Shown here in pieces: positions 61,618-64,000 of a stretch of 64,000 bases of DNA (positions within the stretch are counted from its first letter, which is position 1; each line of letters begins with the position of its first letter). Made by a program: the position numbers and the translations under genes. The DNA is taken from the NCBI RefSeq assembly GCF_006345805.1, contig NC_043005.1:7378001-7442000 (forward strand), given 5' to 3'. Source of the stretch: Octopus sinensis (lineage: Eukaryota). Under the pieces are notes generated by a model. The model saw only the letters and a list, made by a program, of their open reading frames with translations. It had not been told where the DNA came from and did not search any database.

Positions 61618-62969
61618 GGATCTTTTCGGTTTGAACGGCAGATTTTTCTAGCGGTGTCATATGAAATTGTCACCCATAATTATGACCATAGTATCGATCT
61701 ATTGCATTTCTATCTGTTTTAGGGTTAGGAGTGGGGGAAGGGTATCTTTTTTTCTTCACAAATGTAAATAAACCCAATCTGTTTCTTAAACGAGGGACAT
61801 ATTCATACGGCACAGAATATTTACTTTTGCCTCAATACACGTCAGTGATTGGTTGAAATTGTAGAAATTGAAGGAAAAAAACAACAAATATCGGCATAGT
61901 TTCGGTTGTAGTAGCACAGATTTCCGTCGATTTCCGTAAAAAACTTTTATTTTTTTACATAAGTAATGAGAGCGAAAGAGACTAAGAGGAAGCGATTTTA
62001 CGACGAGAAGGTTTCACTTTGAAGTCGGCCTGTGTGTGTTTGATGGGGTGTGGGAGACAGACAGTATGTTGTGTAAGTGAAGTGCTTCTGTTAGTGTGCG
62101 AAGAGACAGACATACATATACACATACACCGAGTAAAAAATTACGATGAATCGGCCATACATACATACACACACACACACATACATAGATACATACACAC
62201 ACCACATACATACATACATACATACACACACACATACTTACACACACATAGATACATACACACACACACACATACATGCAGACATACATATACACATACA
62301 CCGAGTAAAAAATTACACTGAATCGACCATACATACATACACACATACATACATACACACACACACATACACAGATACATACACACACACACATACATGC
62401 AGACATACATATACACATACACCGAGTAAAAAATTACGATAAATCGGCCATACATACATACATACACACACACATACTTACACACACACACATACATAGA
62501 TACATACACACACACATACATGCATATACACATACACCGAGTAAAAAATCAGTTATCTCTCTCTTTCACACATTACTCTCTCTGTCTCTTCGCACACACT
62601 AACAGAAGCACTTCACTTACACAACATACTGTCTCCCACACCCCATCAAACACACACACATGTACATCAATGCTTCCCCTAGACGGTAACTTCAAAGACA
62701 AACTTCCCTCGTCATAAAATTGCTTCCTCTTAGTCTCTTTCGCTCTCATTACTTATGTAAAAAAATAAAAGTTTTTTTACGGAAATCGACGGAAATCTGA
62801 GCTACGACATGCGAAACTTCGCCCAAATATCTTACAAACTATAGACTTTTCTCAATAAAGCCAAGAGAAAAAGATGTTTTATAAATACATTCTACCAGTA
62901 TACGAAGTTTAAAATTCTTTAGTTACCTAAAAATTATGTTAAAAACTGCCGTTCAAACAGAAAAGATCC
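61618..62969. mobile_element. Non-autonomous TIR element (outer), 8-bp TSD agaactc(c/g)
   Basis: TIRs ggatcttttcggtttgaacggcag / ctgccgttcaaacagaaaagatcc. Confidence 0.8.
61893..62823. mobile_element. Fold-back element (inner) with ~220-bp arms, 8-bp TSD CAAATATC and a central minisatellite
   Basis: TSD at 61885-61892 and 62824-62831; the arms are reverse complements. Confidence 0.85.
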
Positions 62970-63039
62970 AGAACTCGCCTCTAGTCACAAAAGAGTTTTG
63001 AGATTTACGTCACCCCCTCCCCCATTTGGCATTGTAAAA

Positions 63040-63850
63040 TTTAAAAAATAATTGGGTTTATGTTTACTTTAATAGCCGGCCACAAAAAACAAAAGTGTCA
63101 CAGGTGTAAAAATATGTATATTAAACGAATGTGAAAACAAAAATTTGTACCAATACACTGGGGGTGGGGATGTTGAGAGGATTTTCGGAAAATTCACAAG
63201 ATCCGATTTGGTGAGAAAAACAAATTCATAAATACGGAGTTGAATATGGTTTCACTATGGAAAAAAAGTTAAGGGCGATTTAGCTGTTGTTTTTAGCACA
63301 TCTCCATCGTTGGGATCTTTTTAAAATGCTTTTTCTATTATTTAAAGGAAATAAAAAACGAATCTAAAAATTCTTTTTCAAACTTTTTTCCATTACATCC
63401 AAGCAAAAAATAATTTATGAATTTCTTTTCGAAAGTTTTCTCGCCACCCCTCAGAAAAAAATTTCCCCAGAATTTTTTTTATAATCGTAATCTATGCCGT
63501 TTGAAATATATTTATATAAAATTTCGGCGTAACTTTGGTATATGTACCGGTGTAAGTACCGGATACATTTCAAAAAAGTGTTTTTTTTTATATATATATG
63601 GGGGTGTTAGGGGTGGGTGGAAAGGGTTTCTGTTATCTTCAGAAATGTAAACAAAGTCACGTGTGTACATATACCGAAGTATCGCCAAAATTTCATTAGA
63701 AGCTATCCATTTTCCTAAAAGTTATGATGGAAAAAGTCGGATTTTGTGAATTTTCCGAAAGTCCTCTCCCCCACAACACCCGTTACACTTTTTTTTAAAT
63801 GTTTTGGTAGTCGGGTGTTAAAGCAAACATTAATTTATAACTTTAAAAAA
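63040..63850. mobile_element. Old fold-back-like element with imperfect long inverted repeats
   Basis: aggattttcggaaaattcacaagatccga (about 63178) pairs with tcggattttgtgaattttccgaaagtcct (about 63737); outer arms also pair loosely. Confidence 0.55.
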
Positions 63851-64000
63851 TTAATAGTGGCTGTTGTTCCAAAGGCACGATGCGGGAGGGGATAGTAGTA
63901 GAAGCAAAAAAAAAAAGAATTTAAGGAAGAAACCCCTCCGTCATTTTCAAAATGCGTGATACGAAAACGAAGAAAATCCAACCTGTGTGGGACAATTATT

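Noticed and set aside
62014-62533. ORFs of 98-134 aa rich in C/V/Y/M or H/T
   Set aside because: Minisatellite artefacts inside the fold-back element.

Overview
AT-rich, repeat-dense eukaryotic genomic DNA. The repeat families and the style of the zinc fingers point to an octopus-like coleoid cephalopod (inference). Genes: (1) a minus-strand TMEM241/SLC35D4-like nucleotide-sugar transporter that the ORF track misses, rebuilt from four short coding exons (8728-8808, 6891-6937, 5724-5804, 1227-1308). It continues past the left edge and has candidate 5' leader exons at 17543-17621 and about 22960-23060. (2) Three paralogous tandem C2H2 zinc-finger genes, each with its ORF in one exon and no recognisable effector domain: 29762-31045 (-, 15 fingers), 43359-44636 (-, 15) and 52069-53448 (+, 16). 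The last two are divergently arranged. The rest is mostly transposon debris: three tRNA-derived SINE families, many 5'-truncated RTE LINE 3' ends, CR1-, R4/Dong- and Penelope-like fragments, mariner, IR/DR Tc1 and hAT remnants, piggyBac-like MITEs, Helitron-like elements, a nested fold-back element and microsatellites. No rRNA, genuine tRNA or CRISPR locus is supported. The best leads are a spliced uORF that would overlap the TMEM241 start codon, a probable gene-conversion tract between the inverted ZNF paralogues, a shared ~380-nt uORF-bearing ZNF leader, NRF1-type promoter sites (one formed inside a microsatellite) and a 29-bp templated inverted insertion. All alignments were done by eye; no searches were run, and repeat boundaries are approximate unless TIR/TSD positions are given.
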